Of a DNA stretch of 64,000 bases, positions 29,265 to 42,699 are shown piece after piece. The DNA is taken from the NCBI RefSeq assembly GCF_009914755.1, contig NC_060939.1. One strand, written 5' to 3'. The notes under the pieces are model-generated. The model was not told where the DNA came from and did not search any database. It saw nothing but the letters and a program-made list of their open reading frames with translations. Made by a program: the position numbers and the translations under genes. The DNA comes from the human T2T-CHM13v2.0 reference genome, Homo sapiens. The stretch's first letter is position 1, and each line of letters starts with the position of its first letter.

Positions 29265-30006
29265 TGAAACGAAACAAACATTTTTGGTCTGGGTCTTCGC
29301 ATCCCCACCTCTGCCTTCTGCTCTTACTGACATGATACAGTTGTGGACAGCCAGGAAGTCATCCCTCCTGTGGACTCTGAGCCACCAGCACCCTGCAGAA
29401 CTAAAGCCAGAAAAAATGGGGAGTGGTTGGAGGAAGGGGACAGTAGTGGGAATAGGAGGCAGGACAGGGGACATCCAGTGATGCATGGGTCGGTCACCTC
29501 GTGTTCATCCTACCGGATGCTGGGCCTGTAATATCTGGCTCCGTGTTCTGACCTCTGAGCTTCTTCCCCAGGAATGGAGCAGAGACTTTGCCATGCAGGA
29601 GAAGGGACCATCCCCTGGCCGAGCAAAGAGCTCATTGTCAGAGTTTACGCAACTGTTTGAGTTGCAGAGCCAATTTAAAAATAATTTCTGTCCATCTGGA
29701 GTGGATTTAAGAGATGAAAGAAAAGTAAATGATATAAACCTCTGGAATGTTTTAGAAAAATGCATTGAGGGAAGAAAAAAATAAGGGCATAGCGTTAAAC
29801 CATCCCTGCAATAAAGGGCTCCTTGGGGTGTCTGCTGCATCAGAAGGAGCCCTGCAGGTTTACTGAATGAATCTCTGAATCTTGCAGTGTGAAGAGACCA
29901 AATAATAGTGGGGTAGTAGTAGCAGTAGCAGCAAGAAAAGCTGACACCAGGCACTTACTGTGTGTCTCACAGTAATCCTGCAAGGGTAGAGGTTATCATC
30001 ATTCCC

Positions 30007-30311
30007 TTTTTTTTTTTTTTTTTGGAGTTAGGGTCTCACTCTGTCTCCCAGGCTGGAGTGCAGTGGTGTGATGGGAGCTCACGGCAGTCTTGAACCCCTG
30101 GGCTCAAGCAATCCACTCACCTCAGCCTCCCAAGCAGCTAGGACTACAAGGATATGCCACTATGCCCAGTTAATTAAAAAAAAAATGTTTTTGTAGAGAT
30201 GAAGTCTCATTACATTGCCCAGGCTGGCCTTGAACTCCTGGCCTCAAGTGATCCTCCCACCTTGCCCTCCTAAAGCTCTGGGATTATTGGTGTGAGCCAC
30301 CGCGCCTGGCC
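30007..30311 (-). mobile_element. Alu (AluJ-like) inserted into a MIR
   Basis: Antisense dimer; MIR-like flanks at ~29950-30005 and ~30312-30420. Confidence 0.93.
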
Positions 30312-30621
30312 CCCATCCCTATCGTAGAGACAAACGAAGACTCAGAGGGTGAATAACTTGACTGAGGCCCATGCCTACTCAGTGGCAAAGGCTGTCACTG
30401 AGACCTATCCTGTGTGCCCATCTCTTGTCATCTGCCTCCCTTGGCTTTAGGAATCCGGCAGTGCCCATTTCCCCTACTTTAGGCTTGGGCTTTGGGGCCC
30501 GTTTGCCTGGGGAAGCTGGCAGTCACTGGGAGCAGCTCTGCTGTTCTGCCTCCTTTGCGAGCCTCAGGTGGCCCCAGGGCCATTGTGTGTGAGCAAAGGC
30601 ACCCTGTCCAGTCTAACCTGA

Positions 30622-30798
<177 letters not shown>

Positions 30799-31039
30799 TG
30801 AGGTCCCTCTCCGAGTGCATGCCTAGGATGCTGGAGAGAGTCCACCTTTCTCACCTTTTCTGCTCACTCATGATTGCGTTGTCAATCTGGAGGTGATTGG
30901 ATTAGGTTTTCTCTATGCCCACAGATCTAACTGTGCTTTCCCTGAACTTCCAGGGAGCAGATGTAGCATCTGATAGGTCTGCCTTTAACCTGTGGGTACC
31001 TGCCTGTTGCCCTGTGTGTAGATGCTCAGGCAGTATGGC

Positions 31040-31520
31040 TTCCTTTCTTCACTCATTCATTGCACAAACAGCATGCAGGGCTCTGTGCCAGGTGCTGTAG
31101 GGGATGAAGAGGTAGATGCGGCCCTGCTCTGCCCCCGCAGACCTTACAGGCCTGCAGAGCACAGAAGACAAAGACACGGATGAGTTCAATATAAGGGACG
31201 GGTGCCAAGCACCAAGCCAGCAGCCCAGGTAGAGAGAAGGCCCATTTAGCTGTTGGGATGGATCAGGGAAGTCTTCATGGAGGAGAAACATCCGGATCCT
31301 GAAGGATAGGTAGGCACTAGGCACAGGGAGGGCATTCTAGACAGGGGGAGCAGCCCAGGCAAAGGGCCTGAGGTAATGGAGGGCAGGACATGGATGGGTA
31401 GCTCTCTGGCTGGAGGAGGGTCATGTATGAGACCGTCAGGGGAAATGTTTCAAAAGCACAACAGCATGAGGCCGTGGAAGGACACCAGAGAGTTTGACTC
31501 TAGGGAACTGCTGAGGGTTT
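31040..31520 (-). mobile_element. L2 LINE 3' remnant
   Basis: ctcattcatt...ctctgtgccaggtgctg...tcagggaagtcttcatggaggag...gcaaagggcctgagg. Confidence 0.65.
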
Positions 31521-33172
31521 TCTGAGTGAGCCTGAAAAATCCCACCTGTACCCCAAGAAGAGGTGTCAGGCTGCACCCCCGAGAGTGGTTTGGACAGGGC
31601 CACGCCTGGACAGCAAGATCAGGCAGGTGGCTGATCCCATCTAAGGCCTCTTTCCTCAGGAAACCAAGGCAGAAAGCCCCAGCCAAAGTCCACTTTTCAC
31701 AGGACGTGCAGCCACTGTGTAGGCAGCCCACAGAACATGGCCTGTGACAGACTAGTGGAGCAGGTAACCTGGCCAGGCCATTGCCTGTGGCACGTGTGTG
31801 GCATGCCCCTTCCTGCCCACTGAGTAGCAGATGGTAGTGGAGAAGTGGTAGACCACAGGCAGGGGAAACTTTAGAATGCAGAAAGTCTGAAATGATAATA
31901 GCACACCAGGTTTCCAGAGCATTTTGTGGTTGCATTTATAGAGTACATTCCGATCGTTGACCTCATTTAGTCCTCACCAGTTATTCTCTGGCTCTATAAG
32001 TAAGGAGACGCTTTGAGAGACAAGTTCAGAGAGTTTCAGCCACCTGCCCAAGCGCACACAGCTAGTAAGTGGCCAAGCCGGGATGGGGCCTAGGGCTGAT
32101 GGACTCTCAAGTTTGGTGCTCTTCTGCTTCTTGGCTCTGCTGGGGGTCAGGGCCCAGGTTCAGCCCTGTTCCACCACCCTTGTCCTTGGAGAGAATGAAG
32201 AAGAGGAAGCTCAGTGACGCTCTTGGCCTTCTGCCTCTTCCATTCCCCGGCCCCACCCCCATCTTTTGGGTGAGGGCTGAGTTGGCTGTGGTGTTGTTTG
32301 TCAGCTCATAGAATGTCAGAGCTGGAAGGACCTCTGAGGCCAGCCCTTCATTATACAGAGACACAGGGTCCCCAAGAGAAAGCGACCAGCTCAGAGTCAC
32401 ACAGCAAGAACAGGAGCCTGCTGTTGGCTCATTCATAAGCGTCACCCCGGCTCACCTTTTGGCTATTTCCAGCATGTGCTTTTGTCTTTATTTTTCTGGT
32501 TGACACATTCCTGGCACTCAGGCAGTAAGACTTCAAACGACATTTATTTTAAACTTTATTTGTGACTGTCTTTAGTTTTACTGTCTGGAGAATCAGATGC
32601 ACACCTTCACTTAGCTGCGAATGTCACCTCCACCCAGCCCAGTGCCCAGAGGCCAAAATTTGGCCCAGATCTCTCCTTACCTCCTAGCCCCAGCACCAGG
32701 TGTATTCATCAGAGGAGCCCAGGTGGAGGGTGCACTGGGCCCTCTGCCAAGCTTCCTGTGGGGACGGCAGGCCCAGTAGCCTTTCGGCCAGCCCGTCTCT
32801 GGGGGCACTGCCTGCTGTGGAACGGCCAGAGCTCCTGTTCCTAGGTGGGTGACCAGACCCCACACAGCATGGGCAACCTGGCCCAGGTCCCTTATCTCTC
32901 TGTCCCCTGGTCCCTTTGCCCAAGGAAAGGCCCCCCTCTCCACACCATCTCCCTATTTTTGGAAGCCCTCTTTGCAGACTTCTCCCTGCTCTGGGAGTCG
33001 GAGCTTGTGGGCCAGCCTTCCATCTCCCCTTGCAGGTATGTCAGTGGCACCTCCCAGTGAGGAGATGGGTTCAAGGGGAGGGACTGGGTTGGCCTTCCCT
33101 TTGCATGGTACTGAGTGTGGAGTGTGTGGCAAATGCATCACACACCATGTGTCCCTGGAGCTGTATAAATGA

Positions 33173-33457
<285 letters not shown>

Positions 33458-34037
33458 TGACTCTGGACAGCAGAGCAGGCAGGGCTCCTCAGAGATGAGC
33501 TAGGCCAGCCCTAGCGTCAAGAGCAGAAAGACCAAAGATCAGAGAGAGGCCAAGGCCTGGCAGGCAGGAGGGGCCGGGCCAACAGCAGATGATGAGGAAT
33601 TGCAGAACGATGTTTGCTGGCACCGAACAGCTGTAGGCACTGTAAACACACGCTCCATCTTATCCTCATCCCAGCCCTGGGTGGGGATGCCAGCATCATC
33701 CGTACAGATGAGAGAACTAAGGCCCAGGGAGGGAGAGTGACTTGCCTGCAGTCACACTGGTAGAAGAGCTGTGTCTAGAACTCTGCCCTCTTGGCTTCTT
33801 CCTTAGTCTCATTTTAGGCAGATGGCTTTAGGATGACCCTCTTCAGGAAGTTAGGTCTTCAGCTCATTGTTCCTCTCCTCCTCTGTTGCTCCATTTCTGA
33901 CTCAGGGACCCTGGTGATGCTGAGGAGCCCAGGATATTAAAACTGAGAGTCCGGGAAGGGAGGAGGAGATTTGGGTAGTTATAAAGGAACAAAATTTTCT
34001 CGCTGAGAAATGACTTTTTTAGAGTCCTACATACTGG

Positions 34038-34371
<334 letters not shown>

Positions 34372-36030
34372 TAGTCAGGTCTACCTGGTCTGCTTGGTTG
34401 AATCTCTCAGGCCATCCTGCTTTGGGTTTAGAGAATCCAGTCCCTTTTCTTTCCACTCACGGACCAAAGTTTGCGGAGAGGCAGGGCTGTGTGCCCCCGC
34501 CTTCTGCTCCACACTCCCCCCTGCCAGCCGCCAGTTCCTGCGGCAGATGCAGAGGTGCCCACATGTCAGCTAGAGCCAGCGCCTTGCAAGCTACTCTCCC
34601 TTTCTCTTCATTTTTCCAGATGTTTGGAATCCATTTTGTTTTGCAGTCATGCTGCACTCAGGCCAAACCCATTTCAATATTGGCCTTGGGCCACCGTTTG
34701 TAATGAAATCCAGATGAGCATGACTTATGGAAAGTCAGATTCTCATTAGAGGATTTCATCCTGTAAAATCCTCCTCTTCCACTTACCGTATTTTAGCTGC
34801 TGTTCTTCTGTGTCTGCCCCAGGGTGTCAGGGAACACAGCCCCTTGGTTTCTTGGGTGTCTCTGAAATCCAGGAGTGACCAGTGGAGCAATCAAAGTGGT
34901 CAGACCTCAAAAGAACTTACAACTATGTTATGGCCTGAAGAGATCAGCCCAGGCCCAAAGGTCTAGCCAGAGAAATGTTTTAAGCAATCTTTTAGCCCTG
35001 GCTTAGCTCATTTAGGGAACAGGAGTGAAAGGTTAGAAAATTAATCTTTTTTTAGTGGAGAAGGGAAATATTTAAAGATAGACTGCAGTGGAAAAGAGTA
35101 AGGGGATGTCCATTTGCTCTTCTTATACCAGACTGTAGTCTGGAGGGCCACACTCAGGTACCCTCGCTCGTGCAGACACCCCAGGGTCTGTCTGCAGGCC
35201 CATTTCTCAACCTCCCTGCTACACAAGCAAAGTAGAGGCCAAGCAAGGAGGGTGGTGCCTTCAAGACAGCAACACTGTTCCTGGTGTGGCATTGCAGCTC
35301 TCCCGCTCCAAGTGCTAGGAAGAGGCTCTTTGGTGGCAGAGCCTTTCCCTGGGGACACTATCACCACGCGGGATGTCCTGCCAGCACACCCAGTCCTCTG
35401 TGGCCCACCGCGTCACCGCTGCCTGGCAGCACTGCACAGCAGCCTGACGGGCGGGCGCGGCCCCTTCCCAGAACAGCCTTGTCGTCCTCCTGCCTCTTGG
35501 GCCAAGGAGAGTAAGGTTTCAGCTCTTCTCTCTGTGAGGTGGCTGAAAGCAGGGCCCAGGGCCCACACCTCTCACCTCCAGCTGGCACCAGCGACTCCAG
35601 CCTCAGCAGATAGCCTTTGCTCAGTGGAGGCCTTTGGGAGCCTGCCTGCAAGCTGCGTCATCAACTAGCCTGAATTTAGACAAAGTGCTTTGGGGAAAAG
35701 AAACGTGTGGTGTGCCTTGTTTTTTTCCAGTAATTGTTCCATGGCTCGTTCTGCTTGTAAGATTTTCCAAAATAAGGCCGTAGATGAGAATTATATCAGC
35801 ACATTGGGAACCGAAGGCATGCGGACACTGTTGGCGCTTTGTAAAAAACACCCCTCAATCAGACAGACACACGTCATCGTCGCCTGCTGGGGCTGGGCCC
35901 AGATTTCGAGATAGGGGAGCGGCACGTGCCCGTGTGGTACAGATGGGAGCCAGGAAGCCCTTTGCTCAGGATGGAGGTCTCCTCTATTAGGGGGCCTGTT
36001 ACAGTAACTGGTGGGCCTCTGGGGTACCCT

Positions 36031-36086
36031 GCAATTGACTTTACATATTTAACTCTTTGCCATTGACTTTACATGTTTAACTCTTT
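36031..36086 (+). repeat. 28-bp tandem duplication (2 copies)
   Basis: gc(a/c)attgactttacat(a/g)tttaactcttt x2. Confidence 0.93.
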
Positions 36087-36281
36087 AAAGTCGACTTCCT
36101 TCCCCCTCAAGAGAACTTAATTTACTCAAAGTCCTCCCTGGGTAGAGGAGTTTGGCCGGGTAGTTTCAGCAAGTTACTGGTACCGCTTCTAGGACAGCGT
36201 CTAACAGCATCTTTGGGAAGATGACTGTCACCAAAGCAGAAAAAGCTTTCTGACTTGTGTAACCCCCTGGAGATTTTTTAA

Positions 36282-36440
<159 letters not shown>

Positions 36441-39400
36441 AGACATCAAGTATGGTAGGGGAGGGCAGGCTTGGGGAAAATGGCCATGCAGGAGGTGGAG
36501 AAAATTGGAACTCTACTCAACCCATTGTTGTCAAGGAAGAAGAAATCTTTCTCCCTCAACTGAAGGGGTGCACCCACCTGTTTTCTGAAACACACGAGCA
36601 AACCCAGAGGTGGATGTTATGAACAGCTGTGTCTGCCAAACACATTTACCCTTTGGCCCCACTTTGAAGGGCAAGAAATGGCGTCTGCTCTGGTGGCTTA
36701 AGTGAGCAGAACAGGTAGTATTACACCACCGGCCCCCTCCCCCCAGACTCTTTTTTTGAGTGACAGCTTTCTGGGATGTCACAGTCCAACCAGAAACACC
36801 CCTCTGTCTAGGACTGCAGTGTGGAGTTCACCTTGGAAGGGCGTTCTAGGTAGGAAGAGCCCGCAGGGCCATGCAGACCTCATGCCCAGCTCTCTGACGC
36901 TTGTGACAGTGCCTCTTCCAGTGAACATTCCCAGCCCAGCCCCGCCCCGCCCCGCCCCACCACTCCAGCAGACCTTGCCCCTTGTGAGCTGGATAGACTT
37001 GGGATGGGGAGGGAGGGAGTTTTGTCTGTCTCCCTCCCCTCTCAGAACATACTGATTGGGAGGTGCGTGTTCAGCAGAACCTGCACACAGGACAGCGGGA
37101 AAAATCGATGAGCGCCACCTCTTTAAAAACTCACTTACGTTTGTCCTTTTTCACTTTGAAAAGTTGGAAGGATCTGCTGAGGCCCAGTGCATATGCAATG
37201 TATAGTGTCTATTATCACATTAATCTCAAAGAGATTCGAATGACGGTAAGTGTTCTCATGAAGCAGGAGGCCCTTGTCGTGGGATGGCATTTGGTCTCAG
37301 GCAGCACCACACTGGGTGCGTCTCCAGTCATCTGTAAGAGCTTGCTCCAGATTCTGATGCATACGGCTATATTGGTTTATGTAGTCAGTTGCATTCATTA
37401 AATCAACTTTATCATATGCTCTTTTAAATGTTTGGTTTATATATTTTCTTTAAAAATCCTGGGCTGGCACATTGACTGGGAAACCTGAGTGAGACCCAGC
37501 AACTGCTTCTCTCCCTTCTCTCTCCTGAGGTGAAGCTTTTCCAGGTTTTGTTGAAGAGATACCTGCCAGCACTTCTGCAAGCTGAAATTTACAGAAGCAA
37601 ATTCACCAGAAGGGAAACATCTCAGGCCAACATAGGCAAATGAAAAGGGCTATTAAAATATTTTTACACCTTTGAAAATTGCAGGCTTGGTACAAAGAGG
37701 TCTGTCATCTTCCCCCTGGGATATAAGATGATCTAGCTCCCGGTAGAGGATCACCGGTGACAACTATAGCAGTTGTATTGTGTAACAAGTACTGCTCCCA
37801 GCAGCAATTAGGGAGAAAACTAGTCTAAATTATTTCAACTGGAAAAAAGAAAAAAGAGTCCTCTTCTTTTCCCAGCCTTTTGCAGAACACAGTAGACAGA
37901 ACTGCCACCTTCAATTGGTACTTTATTCTTTGCTGCTGTTTTTGTATAAAATGACCTATCCCACGTTTTTGCATGAATTTATAGCAGGAAAAATCAAGGG
38001 ATTTCCTATGGAAGTCCTGCTTTATTCCAGGTGAAGGGAAGGAAGTGTATATACTTTTGGCAAGTCATACAGCTCAAATGTGATGAGATTTCTGATGTTA
38101 GAGGGAGATGGAGAGGCTTCCTGATGCCTCATCTGCAGGGTCCTGTGCCTCTGAAGTTCTAGCCATGAGGTTTCCAGGTAGGACAGCTGCTCCCCAAGCC
38201 TCCTGAGGACACAGGAAGAGACGGAAGGAGCACCTTGACAGACTTGTGTGAGTCTTCTCGAAGGAGGGTTGACTCAGAACCCAGAGACAATACAAAACCC
38301 CTCACTTCCTCTGAGAGGGCCAAATGCTGTGAGTCTGAAGTATGTGCCTGGTGTGAAATGATCTATGGCCTGTTTCTTACACAGGAAGCCCCCTGAACCT
38401 CCTGTACATGTGTTCATGTTCCCAGCCAGCTCTGAGACCCAGGAACCAAATATTCCATTTTGGCTTCTGCTAGAGCAGTCATGGTTCCTCTCCTAAAAGC
38501 CATGGGCAGCAGTTTCCGAGGGCCTGCATGATCCACCTGCTGCACGATCCTATGAGGGCTTCCTGTGGCACACAGCCCTCTGGGTGCTTGGGAACTAGCT
38601 TCAGGCACAGCCTGATTCTGGTGATCCAGTGATCTATGGAAGTCGTGTCTTACTCCAGGTGAAGGGAGAAAAAAAAAGCCTATACTTTGGCAGGTTATGA
38701 ACTTTGAATGTGATGAAATGACACGTTTGGCTGCATTTGGATGGTGTCTTAGAACCCTCATTGCTCAGACCTGAAGGCTACTTCTAGGAGCATGAAGTTT
38801 GAGTTTTGTGTTTTTCCAAAGGATACTTCCTTGGCCCTTTTTCTTTATTGACTAGACCACCAGAGGAGGATGTGTGGGATTGTAGGCAAACCCACCTGTG
38901 GCATCACTGAAAATAAATTTGATCATACCTAAGAGGTTAGGAAATGGTGCCATTCCCACCTTAGAGTGCTACATAGGTGCTTTGGGCGTATGTAACATTA
39001 GTGTCCTTCCTTGAAGCCACAAGCTAGTTTTCTTAGTTTTAAAATCCTGTTGTATGAATGGCATTTGTATATTAAAACACTTTTTTAAAGGACAGTTGAA
39101 AAGGGCAAGAGGAAACCAGGGCAGTTCTAGAGGAGTGCTGGTGACTGGATAGCAGTTTTAAGTGGCGTTCACCTAGTCAACACGACCGCGTGTGTTGCCC
39201 CTGCCCTGGGCTCCCCGCCATGACATCTTCACCTTGCAGCTTGTGCTGAGACTGACCCAAGTGCAGCTAGCACTGGGACACAGATCCTTGTCTTCAGCAC
39301 CTTCCAAGGAGCCAACTTTTATTCCCTTTCCTCTCTCCCCTCCCCACCTCGCTTCTTCCCAATTTAGTAACTTAGATGCTTCCAGCACATACGTAGGTAG

Positions 39401-41075
39401 CTACCCCAGCCGGTTTGGATTACAGGCCTGTGCTGGAACATCATCTCAGTTGGCCACCTTCCTGGCAGGCTGTAGACCTGACATTTTGAGACAAGCCTAG
39501 AGTCAGGAGCAGGGACTTTGACTCTTAGGAAGAGCACACATGAGGGCAAGGCTGCTGGCAGACGTCTCCATTGTCCTTATGTTGTCTGTGTTGTATTTTT
39601 TTTTTTTTATTGACCATGGTGATTATTTTTTTAAACCATCGTTAATATACTGAAGTGAGCTATAGCACATATCATGTGCTTAGTTTGTTTATTTTTCTCC
39701 ATCTCCCCTTGGCTTCCTAGAGTTTGGACATATTCCAGGCTAAATGCTTTTACTCAAGACTACAGAAAGGTTTGAAGTAGTGTGTGCATGGCATGCACGT
39801 ATGTAAGTAATCTGGGGAAGAAGCAAAGATCTGTTTCATTCTTAGCCTCAGGCCTCATGAGGGTCTCCACAGGGCCGGAGCTCAGGTTACACCACTCCTT
39901 CGTCCTTACAGGAGATGTAGGGAGAAGAATCTGCAGGCTGCTTGTGGGACTGTTCACCAAGGGGGATACCAGCAGCAAGAGAGTGCACCCGTTTAGCCCT
40001 GGACCCTGTTTCTTACTGTGTGACTTGGCTAGAGTTGGGAGTTCCCCCAAAATAAACGTGTCCCCATTTTACCAGAACCAAACCTCAACACAGCGAAGCT
40101 GTACTGTCTTTGTGTGGCAAAGATGTTCCCTTGTAGGCCCCTTTCAGGTAACCGTCTTCACAATGTATTTTCATCACAGTTTAAGGAGCATCAGCCGCTT
40201 CTCAAGTGGGTAGGGAAAGCAGAAAAACGTACGCAAGAGGACATGGATCCAAAATGATGATGAAGCATCTCCCATGGGGAGGTGATGGTGGGGAGATGAT
40301 GGGCTAAACAGGCAACTTTTCAAAAACACAGCTATCATAGAAAAGAAACTTGCCTCATGTAAACTGGATTGAGAAATTCTCAGTGATTCTGCAATGGATT
40401 TTTTTTTAATGCAGAAGTAATGTATACTCTAGTATTCTGGTGTTTTTATATTTATGTAATAATTTCTTAAAACCATTCAGACAGATAACTATTTAATTTT
40501 TTTTAAGAAAGTTGGAAAGGTCTCTCCTCCCAAGGACAGTGGCTGGAAGAGTTGGGGCACAGCCAGTTCTGAATGTTGGTGGAGGGTGTAGTGGCTTTTT
40601 GGCTCAGCATCCAGAAACACCAAACCAGGCTGGCTAAACAAGTGGCCGCGTGTAAAAACAGACAGCTCTGAGTCAAATCTGGGCCCTTCCACAAGGGTCC
40701 TCTGAACCAAGCCCCACTCCCTTGCTAGGGGTGAAAGCATTACAGAGAGATGGAGCCATCTATCCAAGAAGCCTTCACTCACCTTCACTGCTGCTGTTGC
40801 AACTCGGCTGTTCTGGACTCTGATGTGTGTGGAGGGATGGGGAATAGAACATTGACTGTGTTGATTACCTTCACTATTCGGCCAGCCTGACCTTTTAATA
40901 ACTTTGTAAAAAGCATGTATGTATTTATAGTGTTTTAGATTTTTCTAACTTTTATATCTTAAAAGCAGAGCACCTGTTTAAGCATTGTACCCCTATTGTT
41001 AAAGATTTGTGTCCTCTCATTCCCTCTCTTCCTCTTGTAAGTGCCCTTCTAATAAACTTTTCATGGAAAAGCTCC
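36441..41075 (+). other. SMAD3: SMAD3 3'UTR (~4.6 kb)
   Basis: Alu-free sequence after the stop, with U-rich blocks, ending at AATAAA 41051-41056. Cleavage site estimated. Confidence 0.88.
41051..41056 (+). terminator. SMAD3: SMAD3 distal polyadenylation signal AATAAA
   Basis: Canonical hexamer preceded by several TGTA motifs and U-rich sequence (40905-41040); agrees with the known long SMAD3 mRNA. Confidence 0.85.
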
Positions 41076-41782
41076 TGTGCCAGGAGCTCAGTCTGATTCT
41101 TGCTGCTGTCTCTGGGTGGAGAGAAGATTTAAAAGGGAGCCGAGGCGGGGGTCCCAGGGACTTCAGGGCTCAGGAGGACCAGAGGAAAATGTCTGTAAGC
41201 CCAGATATACCTTGACCAATGATGTACCAGGCCACATTCTGCTGTGGTCCTCATGTAATACCCAGCTGCCCTCATTCACTCACCAAGGGCAACATGCAGT
41301 GCCAGCAGAAGCCCCTGGGCCATCTGCACAAAGGTCAAAAGTTTCTCAATGGGTGTATCTCGCTATTCCGCAAACCTAAACACCATGTGTCCCACTGATG
41401 CTATCTCTGCAGTGCCATTTTATATTTTACTTCCTCTGTACCCCGAGGCCTTTGGCAAATGAATGACACCAACCCAACCTCAAGCCCTGCCACCTCTTGC
41501 CTCTGCTAGTCCCTCCTAGCCTGATTCCTCCATATTGTCAGGGTGTCTTAAATGCCACCAGATTTGTCTTCCCACAGGCATGGAGGTTCACAAGTAACTA
41601 ACTTGGTTTCCACATCTGCCAGCTCATATGACTGTTAGCACCTGTGAAAATTCATTTTGAATTCAAAACACCCAAGGAGAAAGGGACTTCAAAGTTGTTT
41701 CCTTGGCTAGATCTTACACTGACCCCAGAAGATGTGGATAAAGAATGGATAAAGAAAAACGCTGATTAAAATGTAAACTGTT

Positions 41783-42090
<308 letters not shown>

Positions 42091-42699
42091 GAAGTAAAAT
42101 GCCTTTTGGTTTTTAAGAGTCTGAATAAGCAGAGTTCGGGGGAGAAGGATGAAATGGGTTGGAGTAATCATCTGGTGTGACCACATCTGCAGCAGTCCTC
42201 CTAAGGACCTCCCCAGCATCATCTAAACACCTCCCTTACCAAGAGGAGGCAGGTTGCACCGTAAGGGCCTATAGATTTGGCCTCTGAGAACTGCAACAAA
42301 TTCCTGCCTTTATGATGATTTGGTTGGTTCTTCCACCTTCCTACCCCCTTAACAGCTTTCCTCAAGGGTTTATGTAGCTGTTTGGGTCAACAGCTGACCC
42401 TGACCCAAACCCGTCCTTTTAACCCAACCTGTTCCTTGAGATGCACGATTTTAAAATTCCAGCTATTTGTTAGACGTGATCCAAAACACAGCGCCCCCAA
42501 ACTGAATCATCTTCCCACCTCACTTGAGCCAGCTCCCTTTTATGCTTCCCCAGATTTTATCAGTAGCCTCTTCACTCCCATTTTCCAAGCCCAGAGCAGC
42601 TTGACGCATTTCTTTTCCTTGCCCTCCATCACCTCTCTGCTGCTGCCATCTCCCTTTTGGAAAGGTCCTACTCCCTGAACTTCCCGGTTCTCCCTGGCC

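Noticed and set aside
35114-35668. 184-aa ORF in intron 8
   Set aside because: Non-ATG start, GC-driven low stop density, no recognisable homology or splice context.
37108-37127. CTCF-like motifs (also ~42490 and ~54197)
   Set aside because: Only the GGTGGCGC/GGGGGCGC half matches; cannot be supported without a PWM scan or ChIP data.
38080-38125. Box C (GTGATGA) and box D (CTGA) snoRNA-like motifs
   Set aside because: Spacing too short, no terminal stem, and located in an exonic 3'UTR.
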